Assembly: GCA_965287045.1 (NCBI GenBank) | Contig: OZ336873.1 | Span: forward strand, 102,548,001-102,612,000 | Reading direction: 5' to 3' | Source of the DNA: Carcharhinus amblyrhynchos | Lineage: Eukaryota | DNA: 64,000 nt | In this document: positions 1 to 11,389 of the stretch, piece after piece | Numbering within the stretch: position 1 is the stretch's first letter | How the letters are laid out: each line of letters starts with the position of its first letter | Translations under genes and position numbers: made by a program | The notes under the pieces: generated by a model | What the model was told of the DNA's origin: nothing | The model's database searches: none | Seen by the model: the letters and a program-made list of their open reading frames with translations, nothing else

Positions 1-767
1 ATTTAGTCCCTTGGTTTGGAAGACAAACATTTATTCATACTTGATAAATTATCAAATTAAATCATGACGGAATCATCTTTTCCTCTTGCAATAATGATTC
101 TTGCCCTTCATATACATCCATTAACACAACTTTCCTACAAAGAACATGAGAGACTCAATTTTGCTGACTATAAACAGAATGCATCCTTTGGACAAGCTTA
201 TAATACCACACATGAGAATGACTTAGGGACTGACTCTATTAAAACAGTTTTATTCCAAAATATATTACACTAACTTTCTGATGATTGCAATAGCAATTTA
301 CTTGACAAAATTATTCTAATTCTATCCCCTCCAAACTACACTATAGATTGAAGAGTTAATTCTTGTTTCTAAATCAGTTTTGCAGGACTGGCCAGCAAAT
401 GATCTCTGCAGTTGGTTAACAGATTCATTTTAGAAGTGTGCAAATAGTTCTCAAAACAAATCTGACTAATAGAGTTTGAAACATCTGACAATTAAAAAAA
501 GATAATTTTCAAAACATCTTTGCTCACGTGGAATTGTAAAGTATCGAAATGCCAAACTAGAGACAGTAATGAATAATTCAATTAAATGAGCGTTCAGCCA
601 TAATACTGAACGCACATAAAAATCTATAGATGGTACTTCAATTGGATGCAAGTGCTTGCAGTTTTAAAAATGCACATTGGTGAGTAATACTGACCTAAAT
701 GATATTAAAGTTAGAATTTCAACATTAAGTGGAGTCAGAAATATATACTAAGCAAAAACAAAATGTT

Positions 768-990
768 TTGTTCAATTCCAGCTTTGGGTGAATGCCTATG
801 TGGAACTTGCATGTTCTCCCAATGTCTGTGTGAGTTTTCTCCCGATCCAAAGATGCGCAGATTGGCTGTGCTAAATTGCCCTGTAATGTCACAAGATATA
901 AAGGTTGGGGGAGTAGCAGGGTAAATACATGGCAAACCTGGTTATGAGTTGGTGCAGACTCAATGGGCTGAATGATTCTTAATGTACAGT
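768..990 (+). mobile_element. HE1-like tRNA-derived shark SINE (partial)
   Basis: gttcaattcc...ttgcatgttctccc...ccaaagatgcgcag...gctaaattgccc. Confidence 0.75.
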
Positions 991-1067
991 GATGGAATTT
1001 ACATCAAAGCTATGCTTTTTCTAAAATGTCATTGATGTATAAATGGGTTTGAAATTAATGGTGTAGA

Positions 1068-1343
1068 CATAGAACCCTGCAATGCAGGAGGCCAGTCAAC
1101 CTACTTAGTCTGCACCAACCACATCCCACCCAGGCCTTATCCCCACAACCCTGACACTAATGGGCAATTTACTATGGCCGATAAACCTAATCCGCACACC
1201 TTTGGACTGTGGTAGGAAACTAGAGCACCCGGAGGAAACCCACACAGACAAGGGGAACATGTGCAATGTGCAGAGAGTGATCCAAGCCAGGAATCAAACC
1301 CAGGTCCCTGGCATTGTGGGACAGCAGTGCTAACTACTGTGCA
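1068..1343 (-). mobile_element. HE1-like SINE
   Basis: Reverse of cagtagttagcactgctg...gggtttgattcc...gggtttcctccgggtgctc. Confidence 0.85.
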
Positions 1344-1989
1344 TACATCCCAACACACTGAAGGATAAATATCTTCAAATAGAATTGGATTACTCAATGT
1401 TTTCATGCCAGGTAGAATAAAACACAATTTTTAGTTAATCATATTTTTCCCAAATCGCCTGCATTGCAATTACACTGCACTTTATGGTGCTTTCTGTGTT
1501 AGAGTCTCGTGAAAAACAAACTTTCCATCCTTGATAGAAAGGCAAACACCAATCGCTGCCCGATTCAAAAGTTCTTTACTCTTCTTAAGTATGCAAGCTG
1601 GCAAACCTTTGCTACGTAACTTCCATGCAGTGCTGGGAGTCAGGTAGCAAAGGCGTGCTGAAGAATGGGACAGTCCCCCTTTAGGTAGCTTTTATAATCC
1701 TTACGATCACATGTGTTCTGACACAAAAAAGCTAATCACAGGGCACCTTTTGTTCCAGTCAGGTTAACCGTATCTAAGGTCGTAATATCATTATGTTGTA
1801 AGAAAGAGAACTGTTAAAGGGTAAATTTGTTAATCACAGATGTCTTAAGTTTGTCATTTTGAAATTAACTCAAACGTTCTTAGTTGCATGCGATGTTAAC
1901 CCCTTAATATCTCATCTGTACCAATCATGTTGACAGAAAAATTGCCTGCGTGTCTTATTTGCCTATGCTACATAAAAGCTGGCAAATAG

Positions 1990-2560
1990 AACCATGGAAA
2001 TGTTGTGGTGCAGAAAGAGACTACTTGCCCCATCACGTCTGCACCAGACCCAAAAAAAGAAAAAAGTAGCCCCTCATTTTAATTACAATTTCCAGCACCT
2101 GGCCTATAGCCTTGCAGATTATAGCACTTCAGATTCAGATCCGGATACCCCTTAAACGAGTTGAACATTTCAGCCTAAAGCACCAAATTAGACAATGAAT
2201 TCCAGATGTCCATCACACAGTGAAAATGTTTTTCCTCATGTCCATTATAATCCTTCTACCAATCATTTGAATCAATGTCCCCTGGTAATTGATTCCTCAG
2301 TTAGGGGAAACAAGTCTTTCCTGTCTACCCTATCGAGGACCCTCAATTTTGTACATCTCAATTTTTAGCAAAAAAAATTAGGTCATCCCTTAGCCTGAAG
2401 GGAAACAACCCTAACCTGTCCAATCTCTCCCCGTTGTTATCCACTTTTCCATCCACCTTCAAGATGTCTCACTCCCTCAATCCCACTCATTCTGTTCCCA
2501 TTTATTGAATATTCCCTGCTGGGTTTGCCCTCCCCAAATGCATTACTTCACACTTTTCCT
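1990..2560 (-). mobile_element. Older CR1-type LINE 3' fragment
   Basis: Reverse-strand CR1 3' features (gaattccaga...ttttcctcatgtcc, aaatgcattacttcacactt). Confidence 0.65.
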
Positions 2561-2562
2561 GA

Positions 2563-3173
2563 CTGGGGGATAGAATATAAAAGCAGGGAGGTCTTGCTGC
2601 AACTGTACAGGGCACTGGTGAGGCCGCAGCTGGAGTAGTGTGTGCAGTTTTGGTCGCCGCACTTGCGCAAGGATATTTTGGCCTTGGAGGGAGTGCAGAA
2701 GAGGTTCACTAGGCTGATACTGGAGATGAGGGGGTTGGACTATGAAGAGAGACTAAATAGACTGGGTCTGTACTCGTTGGAGTTTAGAAGGATGAGGGGG
2801 GATTTTATAGAGATGTATAAGATAATGAAAGGGACGGATAGGGTAGAGGTAGAGAGATTCTTCCCGCTTACAAAGGATAGCAGGACTAGATAAGGGCGGG
2901 GCAGTTTAGATCGGAGTTGAGGAGGAACTTCTTCACTCAAAGGGTGGTGAATCTCTGGAGTTCTCTGCCTGTTGAAGTGGTGGAGGCTACCTCGCTAAAT
3001 ATATTTAAGTCACAGGTAGAGAGGTTTTTGACAAAGGAATTAAGGGTTATGGGGAGAGAGCGGGAAAGTGGAACTGATCCACTTCAGATCAGCCATGATC
3101 TTATTGAATGGCGGGGGGCAGGCTCGAAGGGCTAGATGGTCTACTCCTGCTCCTATTTCTTATGTTCTTATGT
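2563..3173 (+). mobile_element. CR1 LINE 3' fragment
   Basis: VQFWSPHLRKDILALEGVQ...LEFRRMRGD; ends tcctatttcttatgttcttatg. Confidence 0.92.
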
Positions 3174-3234
3174 ATTTCATTTGTCACTTCTGTGCCCACT
3201 CAACCAATCCATTCATATCATTTTGGAGTCGACT

Positions 3235-3990
3235 TCACAGATACTGAAGCAGTTCATGTCCAAACGCAACAAGACCTGGACAATATCCAGGCTTGGGCTG
3301 GCCAGTGGCAAATAACTTTTGTGTTATGCAAGTGCCAGGCAATGACCATCTCCAACCATCGCCCTTGATAATCAACGGCATTACTATCTCTGAATCCTGC
3401 TCTATTAACATCTGGAAGGTTGTCATTGACCCGAAGCTGAACTGGACTAACTATAATAAATACAATGGCTACAAGATCAGGTCAGAAGCTGGGAATCCTG
3501 CAGTGAATAACTTGCCTGCTGACTCTTTAAAGCCTATCCACCATCTACAAGGCACAAACCAGGAGTGGGACAGAATACTCTCCACCTGCCTGGAAGGGTG
3601 CAGCTCCAGTGACTCTCAAGAAGCTTGACTTCATCCAGGCCAAAGCAGCCCATTAGATTGGCACCATCCAGAGTAATTTCCTCCACCACCCACATACAAT
3701 GGCAGCAGCATGTACCATCATCAAGATGCACTGCTGGAACTCATCAAGACTTGTTGGACAGCACCTTCCAAACTCATACCCCTCCAAGTCACTCACCATC
3801 CCGACTTGGAACTATATTGCTGTTTCTTCATTGTTGCTAGGTCAAAACCCTGGAACACGCTCTCCAACAGCACTGTAAGTGTGCTCCAGAACAGTAACTG
3901 CAGTGATTGAAGAAAACAGCTCAGTACCACCTTAAGGACAATGAAGGTTGGCTAAGCCAGTGAAGACTACATTCCTTGGACTGATTAAAG
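3235..3990 (+). mobile_element. LINE (CR1/L2 group) RT C-terminal fragment and 3' end; related pieces at ~45550-46022, ~53290-53862, ~59590-59692
   Basis: QQDLDNIQAWAGQWQITF..KCQAMTIS; shared 3' end resembling gggcaataaatgctggcc. Confidence 0.75.
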
Positions 3991-4062
3991 AAGTCACCTC
4001 CTTAACTAGAATATTTGCATCTTCCCTCTCTCATTTAAAACCGAAAGGAAGTACTCATTGAA

Positions 4063-4365
4063 AGATGGCACAGTGGCAAGCATTGCTGTCTCACAGCAAT
4101 AGGAACCCGGGTTCAATTCCCGGCTTGGGTGACTGTGTGGAATTTGCATGTTTTCCCATGTCTGTGTGGGCTTCCTCCGGGTGCTCCGGTTTCCTCCACA
4201 GTCCAAAGATGTGTGGGTTATGTTGATTAGTCATGCTAAATTGCCCCCTAGTATCAGGGGATTAGTAAATTAGTAGTGTTAAGGGCATAGGGCCTAGGTG
4301 GGATTATGGTTGGTGTAAACTCGATGAGCTGAATAGCCGTCTTCTGCACCTTAGGGAGTCTATGA
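4063..4365 (+). mobile_element. HE1-like SINE
   Basis: ggcacagtggc, B box gggttcaattccc and core cctccgggtgctccggtttcctcc. Confidence 0.88.
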
Positions 4366-6633
4366 GTACCCTGCCCACATCCTCTGCATCAACCCATAAA
4401 TTACCACATGATAGGCCCTATATCTTTTCTTTAGTTATTCCCTTGCTCTTAATGTACTGGTAAAGCATCTTGGAATTGTCCTTGATTTTTAGCTGTCAAT
4501 ATTTTTTCATATCCTCTCTTTACTTTCCTATTTTTCATTTTTCCTTCACCCTTCCTATACTCATCTAGGCTTTTTGCTGTAGTAAATTTTAAAATACAAT
4601 AGGAATACATTGCTGTTCTCAGCCATGGTACGTCACTGAGCTTCCTTACTGTGACGTTCCCAACGACGATGCAGAACAGGGATTCCCCAAACCAGGACCT
4701 GCTGAGACCTTTCAAAAACTTGAGGGGAAAAGGGTCCTGAAGAAGTTGGAGAATGAGACTAACAATTTGATAGAAAAATGTAAAAAGAAATAGGTGATGT
4801 TAAGCTGTACAGCACACATTTGGGGCGTCAGTCTCAGAAACTCATGTGGAGTTTTTTGTATGCAGATAGGCTGTGTAAATGAGTGGCAGAAGGTTTCAGC
4901 AAACCTACCTCAGAAGCAGTTTGAATGCTCAGGGAAATTTGCCTATCACCACGCTTTAGCAAAAGGCAAACATAAATCATTGACACACCAACTTCCTTGG
5001 TTTTAAAAAAACTACACAATACCACTCAAATCAAAATTTTCCAAGAGATTCCAGGTCAACGTTTCACTTGATTCTGAATAAAACAAATGGATTACAAAAA
5101 TGAACCAGAACAGGACAAAGATTTAATTAATCTAAATTGGGATTTCAGTGCAATTCACAATGACACTTTTGATTCTAACTGTAATGTTGATATGAGGGTA
5201 GACTTGGATCCCATTTGGATCATTAGCTTTCATAATAAAAATTGAGACATCTTACTCTGTTATTGTAGAATATTCAAGTGTGAATTACTGTTGCAGCTGA
5301 ATCTAACATCTTATTGCTTTTCAAATACGAATCTGATCATCTGAATGTTTTAATTAAATTAAAATTCTCTTTGATCTCCATAAGGGACAATGCTTACCTA
5401 ATATGCCAGTAATTGTGAATGTTATGTTAGAGTACAGCCCGTGTCTTGCAGCCTAACTATCAACATTTACCTCAATTTCTCACACAAGGGGCATCTTTCG
5501 AATGGATGCACTTTCCCACATGCAATACACATTTGCTGTGCATAATACCTACAAAACTGATACTGTCGAGCTAAACCCCTCATGACCAACAGAATTGTTC
5601 ATGTCTACAACTTTATATCTTAACTGAACCCAGCTCTGTGAAAAGATCACCTGAGGAGAAAACTGAAACATTAAATATTCTTAAAGGAAACATTGCCTGG
5701 GCAAAGTCAGGGAGGGTAAGGGAGAAGAGGTAGACATAGATATAGCATAACAGTTAACAGGGAGAGAGACGCGGACAAACAAAAGGGAAAAGGGAAAGGA
5801 AGGGAATGAGACAATTATGACAGATTCCCAACATTCCTCTTTAATAGTCTCTGCATTTCACATAACCTTTAAGCAATACAGAAATGGCCAGTTCCAACCA
5901 CTAATTAAAGCTTACTGAACAGAACTATATTCATCAATTTATCAAATATGACACTTATTTCATTTATTTGTTTTAGTTTATCGAATTGCTCCAAAGTCTA
6001 ATTATGGAGGGAGCCAAAAAATGCGACTGGGTTTTTGAATTTTTATAAATTCAGCAGTGGGAATTAAGTACCTCATATTTTAATTTTAAAAGAAACCTGT
6101 TGAAGAAATAACATCTGAATCATACAAGAAACCCTATTCAATGCACTTAAATATACCATAGGCATGATTTTTGCAACATTTTAATCACTTTTGTTTACAT
6201 AAGCATTAAATGAGGTGTATTTTCACAGGTTATTGCACAGTATATGTTTTTGATATTGGACACATTACTCATGGAAAATAGTACCTTGATCTGCAAAACA
6301 TCTGCTGTTCCATCACATATCATTACAGACCCATTTGATTTTCCACTGAGAAAATTGTTTGCACCTGCCACTGCTTTCTGAAGTATATTCATAACATAAC
6401 ATTAGCACTTAATATTTTTTCCAGTAAACAATATTTCAAAATGTTGAATGGTTTGTACATTTCTTGTCAAAAGAAATATTTTCCACCATTTATCATGAAT
6501 GAGTTCTGCCCAATTCTTTGGAAACTGTATTACTGTGATTAAAACATTCCAGCTAAGCAAGCTACAGCTTTGATTTTATAAACCTTAATTGTCTTTAAAC
6601 ATCCACGTGCTTGCAGTGAAACTTATTTTGGCA

Positions 6634-6639
6634 TTTATT
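6634..6639 (-). promoter_or_regulatory. Candidate CHM polyadenylation signal (AATAAA on minus strand)
   Basis: TTTATT on + about 490 nt downstream of the stop; a second candidate lies at 5963-5968. Actual use is unknown. Confidence 0.35.
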
Positions 6640-6699
6640 CACCTGACCTCATTGTAAAGATAATTCATGTCAATAGACCTCAATAATGATTCCTATTTT

Positions 6700-6850
6700 G
6701 GCGTGTGTGGGTAGTGTAAGGGTGGTGTAAAGGTATGTCTGTGCATGTGGTGTGTGTGTGTGTGGGTAGCATGTGTATGATAGAGAAAGAGTGACAGAGT
6801 GTGTTGGACCCTTGTGTGTGTGCTGCAACCGTGTGCGCGCACACACATGC
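6700..6850. repeat. Degenerate (TG)n/(CA)n microsatellite tract in the presumptive CHM 3' UTR
   Basis: gtgtgtggg...tgtgtgtgtgtgtg...gtgtgcgcgcacacac seen directly. Confidence 0.8.
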
Positions 6851-7128
6851 AAGAGGTGGCTGGGGGAAGCAGCAATGGGGAAATAGGAGCAGCAGGTGGA
6901 TAAAAATAGGTCCATTTGTAAAGAGTGGGTTATGCAATATAACATAGCATATGCTTCGGTTAATTATTCAAAAGTTGTCCGCTGAGTTAGGATGGTCAGT
7001 TGTATGGTGTAAAGGTTGCACATTATAATCTTATTGTATAGTGTAGCAACAGCGTTTTTTAGTTTGCTTCAATACAATTTGGAAACAATACCAGAGGTCA
7101 TAATTTTGATTTTTTTAAAAAAAATATA

Positions 7129-7434
7129 CTATTCTTCATTCTTTGGCATTTCGGTTGCATCATCACACTTCAGAGTTTGAGTGCCAGGTTTGGACATTTC
7201 TGATTCTCTGTCTATTTCATTATTGTCCAATGATTTTACCACTTCATTGTGATCATCTTTTGTGGGATCAGATTCTGGGGAGGTATTTTCTTTCACTTCA
7301 GCTGTTTCTGACTCTGGACGAGTTCCAAAACCAGCATTTTCTGGTGACGCACCATCATAAACAATGTCTTCAGGATTTGGAGCTGCAGGACAGAACTCTT
7401 CTCCAGGACAGAGCTGATGAAAGATATCTTCTGC
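7129..7434 (-). CDS. CHM: Rab escort protein 1, terminal coding exon (exon 15 equivalent)
   Basis: tttttctcgtcaccag|GCA GAA GAT... to TAG at 7129-7131. Encodes [28 protein letters not shown], similar to REP1 [28 protein letters not shown], followed by an acidic tail. Confidence 0.97.
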   Translation of the reverse strand, partial: AEDIFHQLCPGEEFCPAAPNPEDIVYDGASPENAGFGTRPESETAEVKENTSPESDPTKDDHNEVVKSLDNNEIDRESEMSKPGTQTLKCDDATEMPKNEE

Positions 7435-8327
7435 CTGGTGACGAGAAAAAGGAAATAGACACTGAATGTTGATCTGAACAAAGTCGTTAGTATTGCTGAA
7501 AAAAAAAGTTGTCAAAACTTTTCGTCAGGGGTAGCAATAACTTTGTACTGATTGGTTGGCAAGTGGACTGTAATTAATAGGAGTACTGCCACAGAGAATG
7601 AACCAGTTGATGGTGACTGACAGTTAACTGCCAAGAATTGTTTGAAAGTTTAAACCAGGCAGCTTGACTGATTGGTCAAGGCACTGCCCTGAGGTATGAG
7701 CCAGCAAATGGCTATCATTTGTTTTGTTTAGCTGAAACAGTCACAATGCATGTACATGTTTTTTCTGTCTGAAAATATTTAATGATCTGAAGTTTATAGA
7801 GGGCGGAGGCCAGACAGGATAGCACCAGAATAATTAATTTGGGGTGGGGGGTGACAAAGGCATGAATGAGGCTTTCAATGGCACAATGACAAGGTAGGGG
7901 TAGAGATGGGTAGTGCCGTGAAGATGAAAGTAGGTTGGAAACTCAGCGTACGTACAACAGGATAACGAAGTTGCTATCTGTCTCTCAATGCACATGGCTG
8001 TGGCCAAGAGCCGAGTGAACTCAGTGCAAGTGCATGCCTTTTATAGCTAAGGTTAAAGTCAGCAATCGTAATCTTCTCATCCGTTTAAGAATAAACGTTA
8101 AGCTAAACACACAGTTAGATAGAATGGCAGTGGAGGAACAGAGGGCTGAGTTGTGAAGAGGTAGAGCAAGGTGCCATTGGGATATAGGTTGAAGCTAACC
8201 TCATATCTATAGGGGATGTCATGAGGAAGGAGAATGGCCAAAAATAAACACTGGTAGAAATGCTCTGGCTATAATTGCATAGATAAGAGTAGAACCAAGT
8301 CAAGGCAATCCCACCAAGCCAAATGTG

Positions 8328-8592
8328 GGGCGGCACACTGGTTCGTACCCAGTGCCAGGACTCAGGTTCAATTCCCGGCTTGGGTCACGTCTGTCTGGAG
8401 TTTGCATGTACTCCCCGTGTCTGTGTGGGTTTTGTCCGGATGCTCCGGTTTCCTCCCACAGTCTGAAAGACGTGCTTTTTTAGGTGCATTGACCCAAACA
8501 GGTGCCCGAGTGTGGCAACTAGAGGAATTTCACAGCGGCTTCGTTGCAGTGTCAATCTAAGCCTACTTGTGACTAATACATAACTAAACTTT
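8328..8592 (+). mobile_element. HE1-like SINE, alternative-tail subfamily
   Basis: Same head and core; tail gaggaatttcacag...aagcctacttgtgactaata. Confidence 0.85.
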
Positions 8593-9349
8593 AATGGTGG
8601 AGATGTGTTAGGAGGAAGATGGTATGGTTCAACTGTCCTTCATTCAGGTACTTAAATGCCAGCAACAAGCAGCAGCAGATGCAATTAAACCTTTTCCTGC
8701 AGGCCATCAGCATTCAAGTGTGCACATGTATCCATTTACATTTCCACCGACACAACAGCACACCAAAATCAAAGTTATTACTTCAGAAATCTACAAATGG
8801 TACTTGACCCACACTGACAACCTTGCACCAATGCATGCCTGAAAGGATAAGGAGGCATGAAGGGCAGGCTCCTAAGAAATATGGGCTGATTTTAACCCAT
8901 TTAAAGCTCTTGCAAAGTGTCAAAAGCAGGCCCATGGGCTTTGATTGCCACTGTTTTTAATGATGCCGACACATGACCATATTACACCAGTTACACCAAT
9001 ACTGCAAGCACTTCGGGGAGGAGCACAAAACCATACCTTCATTGAGCAGCCATGTGGAGTACCAATGCCAAGAGCTTTGATTATGGCTTGCTGCAAATTG
9101 AAACAGGAAGGCAAGGATGCAAAACGTTCATGCATCATAGATAAGCCACCACAGGCAGCACACACAAGCAAGAGATTCTTGTCCAGTTTCTGAAGTGAGC
9201 TTCACAATTGTACACATTAATCACAGATTTTTCATCATATTTACCTTTATTTTTCAACAATTAACTTTATCCAGATCAAGAAACTATAAAATATGTTTAT
9301 ATTTATCTCTCACTTTTTAGCACCACCAGAGGAGAACCAAAGAAGAATT

Positions 9350-9727
9350 TCTGAAGTGTAGTCACTTTTGTCGGAAATATAGCAACCAACAAGAGCACGG
9401 CAAACTCCCACAAACAGCAATGTCAAAATGGCCAAAAAGTCTTTTTATAATCTGGATTGAAGGATAACTATTGACCAGGATACCAGGGATAGCTTCCCTG
9501 CTCTTCTTCAAAGTGGTAGCCTGGGTTTTTTTTTATATCCATTTGATCAAGCAGGTCGAACTTAGCCTTAGTGATTCAGCTGAGGGACCATCGATCACGA
9601 GGCAATGTTCCTTCAATACTGCACTGGAGTGGCAACCTTGTTTTTTATGCTCAAGCCCTGTAGTGGGATTTAAACCCAGAACCTTGTCTCAGAAGTGAGA
9701 ATGCTACCAACAGAGCCACAGCTGACA
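9350..9727 (-). mobile_element. DeuSINE-like (SacSINE1/AmnSINE1-type) SINE
   Basis: Minus head tggctctgttggtagc...gggtttaaatccc, then ctccagtgcagtattgaaggaac resembling the recalled Deu domain. Confidence 0.55.
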
Positions 9728-10679
9728 TATAATACATTTTATTTATTGTTTTATTCTGTGTGTTTTTGCAGTTCCAATTTCACCTTTGGTGCAATAAAGC
9801 TCTGTTTAATGATTACTTACATACTGCCGTCATTGAAGAAACACTGCTGCACAGTTGATACGCAGATAAAATTTGTATCTACCACCAATTTTAATGCAAT
9901 AAGATTTATTGGGCTCATTGATATTTTTACAACTATTCCACATGGTATCTCACTCGCACCTGGAACCCAACCTGTTTCCATCTCTATCAGTTTTATTTCT
10001 CTTCAGCACTCCATGTCAAATCCAAGAATATCCAAGCATCAAGATCACTGTGAATGCTGGTATCAAACAAAAAACAGAAAATGCTGGAAATTGCAGCATC
10101 TATGGAGAAAGAATAGAGCTAATATTTTGCGTCTGGATGACCCCTTGTCAGACCTTTGTCACATTGACCCATGTCAATATCCAGGCATCATTTTTAACTC
10201 CAATTTTCTTGATAATGGTACGTTTCCAGCTGCCACTTTGTTTCCTTTACTTTGTGAATAAAAAATTCCCTCCTCAGCTTTGACCCCCAATTTCCCCAAA
10301 TTTCTCACTTGCTTTTTTGCAGTCAGACTATTCTACTTTATTTCTTTCTAACTGCTACAAGACTCTCAACCCACTTTTTAAACTTTTCAAAAGATACACC
10401 CATTGTTTAAAACCAAATTATGCTGTGCTATTTTAAGTTCTCAGCTAGTCCAAACTCTCGTTTTTCCTCGTATGCTTTAATAATAACTAAGCAGGCATTC
10501 AAATACTATGGTCAGTGGAATGGAAAATTTACTGCAATTTAATAAAATGAATCAATTTTACGTATCTGATGACATAGTTATCTATTACAAACAGAGGGCA
10601 CAGTGCAAGTTATTAGATTTTATTTGATATCCATGAAAAACATCTATTGATAGGAGGCTGGAGTTAAGACTATTTTAAT

Positions 10680-10905
10680 TCTCAGCTCAACTCATTGCCA
10701 GTGCTTTTGAGTTCAAACCCTACTCCAATATTTTAGCGTACAATCACTGCTTCCACTTCAGTGTACTAATGGGAGAGCTGCGTTGTCAGAGATGCAGTCT
10801 TTCAGATAAGATGTTAAACCAAGATAGATCCGTTAACTATTCAAAGAGCAACCCACCTCAGGTCCTGGTAAGTTTATATGTCAACAAACAGAACCAACAA
10901 AATTA
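10680..10905 (+). mobile_element. DeuSINE-like SINE remnant
   Basis: gagttcaaaccc...cagtgtactaatgggagagctgcgttgtcagagatgcagtctttcagataagatgttaaacc. Confidence 0.55.
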
Positions 10906-11092
10906 ACTAACCATTTAATTCATTTTTGTTTAATTTAGCATATGCAGATTGACTGGTATAATTGCTTTTCTTTAAATGGTGATGGCACATCAAAAAGGTA
11001 AGTCCATGGCTCTGAAAGCCTTTGGTACATCCTGAAAGCAGGAAAGGCACAATGTAAGGAGTTTGTTTTAGATGTTTTTGATCTCGCTGTAC

Positions 11093-11262
11093 CTGCTTAA
11101 CAGACTGGTCAAATCCAAGAGCAGCATCGGGTCCACAACAGACAAATACATTACTGGGAAGGCCTTCGTATGTGCTTCTGTCAACTGCTGATGTATCTCT
11201 TACATTGAAATACAAAGCCCAAAGCACTCTTGGTTTCTCTTCCACTTCACATTCATGATGAC
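11093..11262 (-). CDS. CHM: Rab escort protein 1, exon 14 equivalent
   Basis: tctttcag|GT CAT...AAG CAG|gtacag, 170 nt. Encodes [50 protein letters not shown], similar to REP1 EKPRILWALYFNMRDSS...[23 protein letters not shown]. Confidence 0.97.
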
Positions 11263-11389
11263 CTGAAAGAAAAATAAGTAACTGTGTTTGTAATTCAACA
11301 GATCACCACACATCTAGGGATATGTATATTAGAAGGATCATCATCCCTAGGCTTTACTTGAATGTTTGTTAACAACAGACTGATAGTGA

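Noticed and set aside
1497-1972. Possible reverse-oriented solo LTR (TGT...ACA ends, TATA-like motif)
   Set aside because: No TSD or second copy in the window to support it.
4063-4140. tRNA-like A/B boxes here and in other copies as tRNA genes
   Set aside because: They are SINE heads without a complete cloverleaf.
5394-5400. Consensus minus-strand splice donor (AG|gtaagc), and another near 16585-16590
   Set aside because: No associated acceptor or coding homology, and all CHM exons in this span are accounted for.
7435-7515. N-terminal part of ORF 7129..7515
   Set aside because: It is the intronic polypyrimidine tract and acceptor; the exon starts at 7434.
9695-10283. 188-aa and 124-aa ORFs
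   Set aside because: They span SINE, L2-like and PLE-terminus fragments, with no recognisable protein or splice structure.
10907-11092. In-frame read-through of exon 14 into the intron as an alternative C-terminus
   Set aside because: Homology stops exactly at a canonical donor (CAG|gtacag), and there is no evidence for intron retention.
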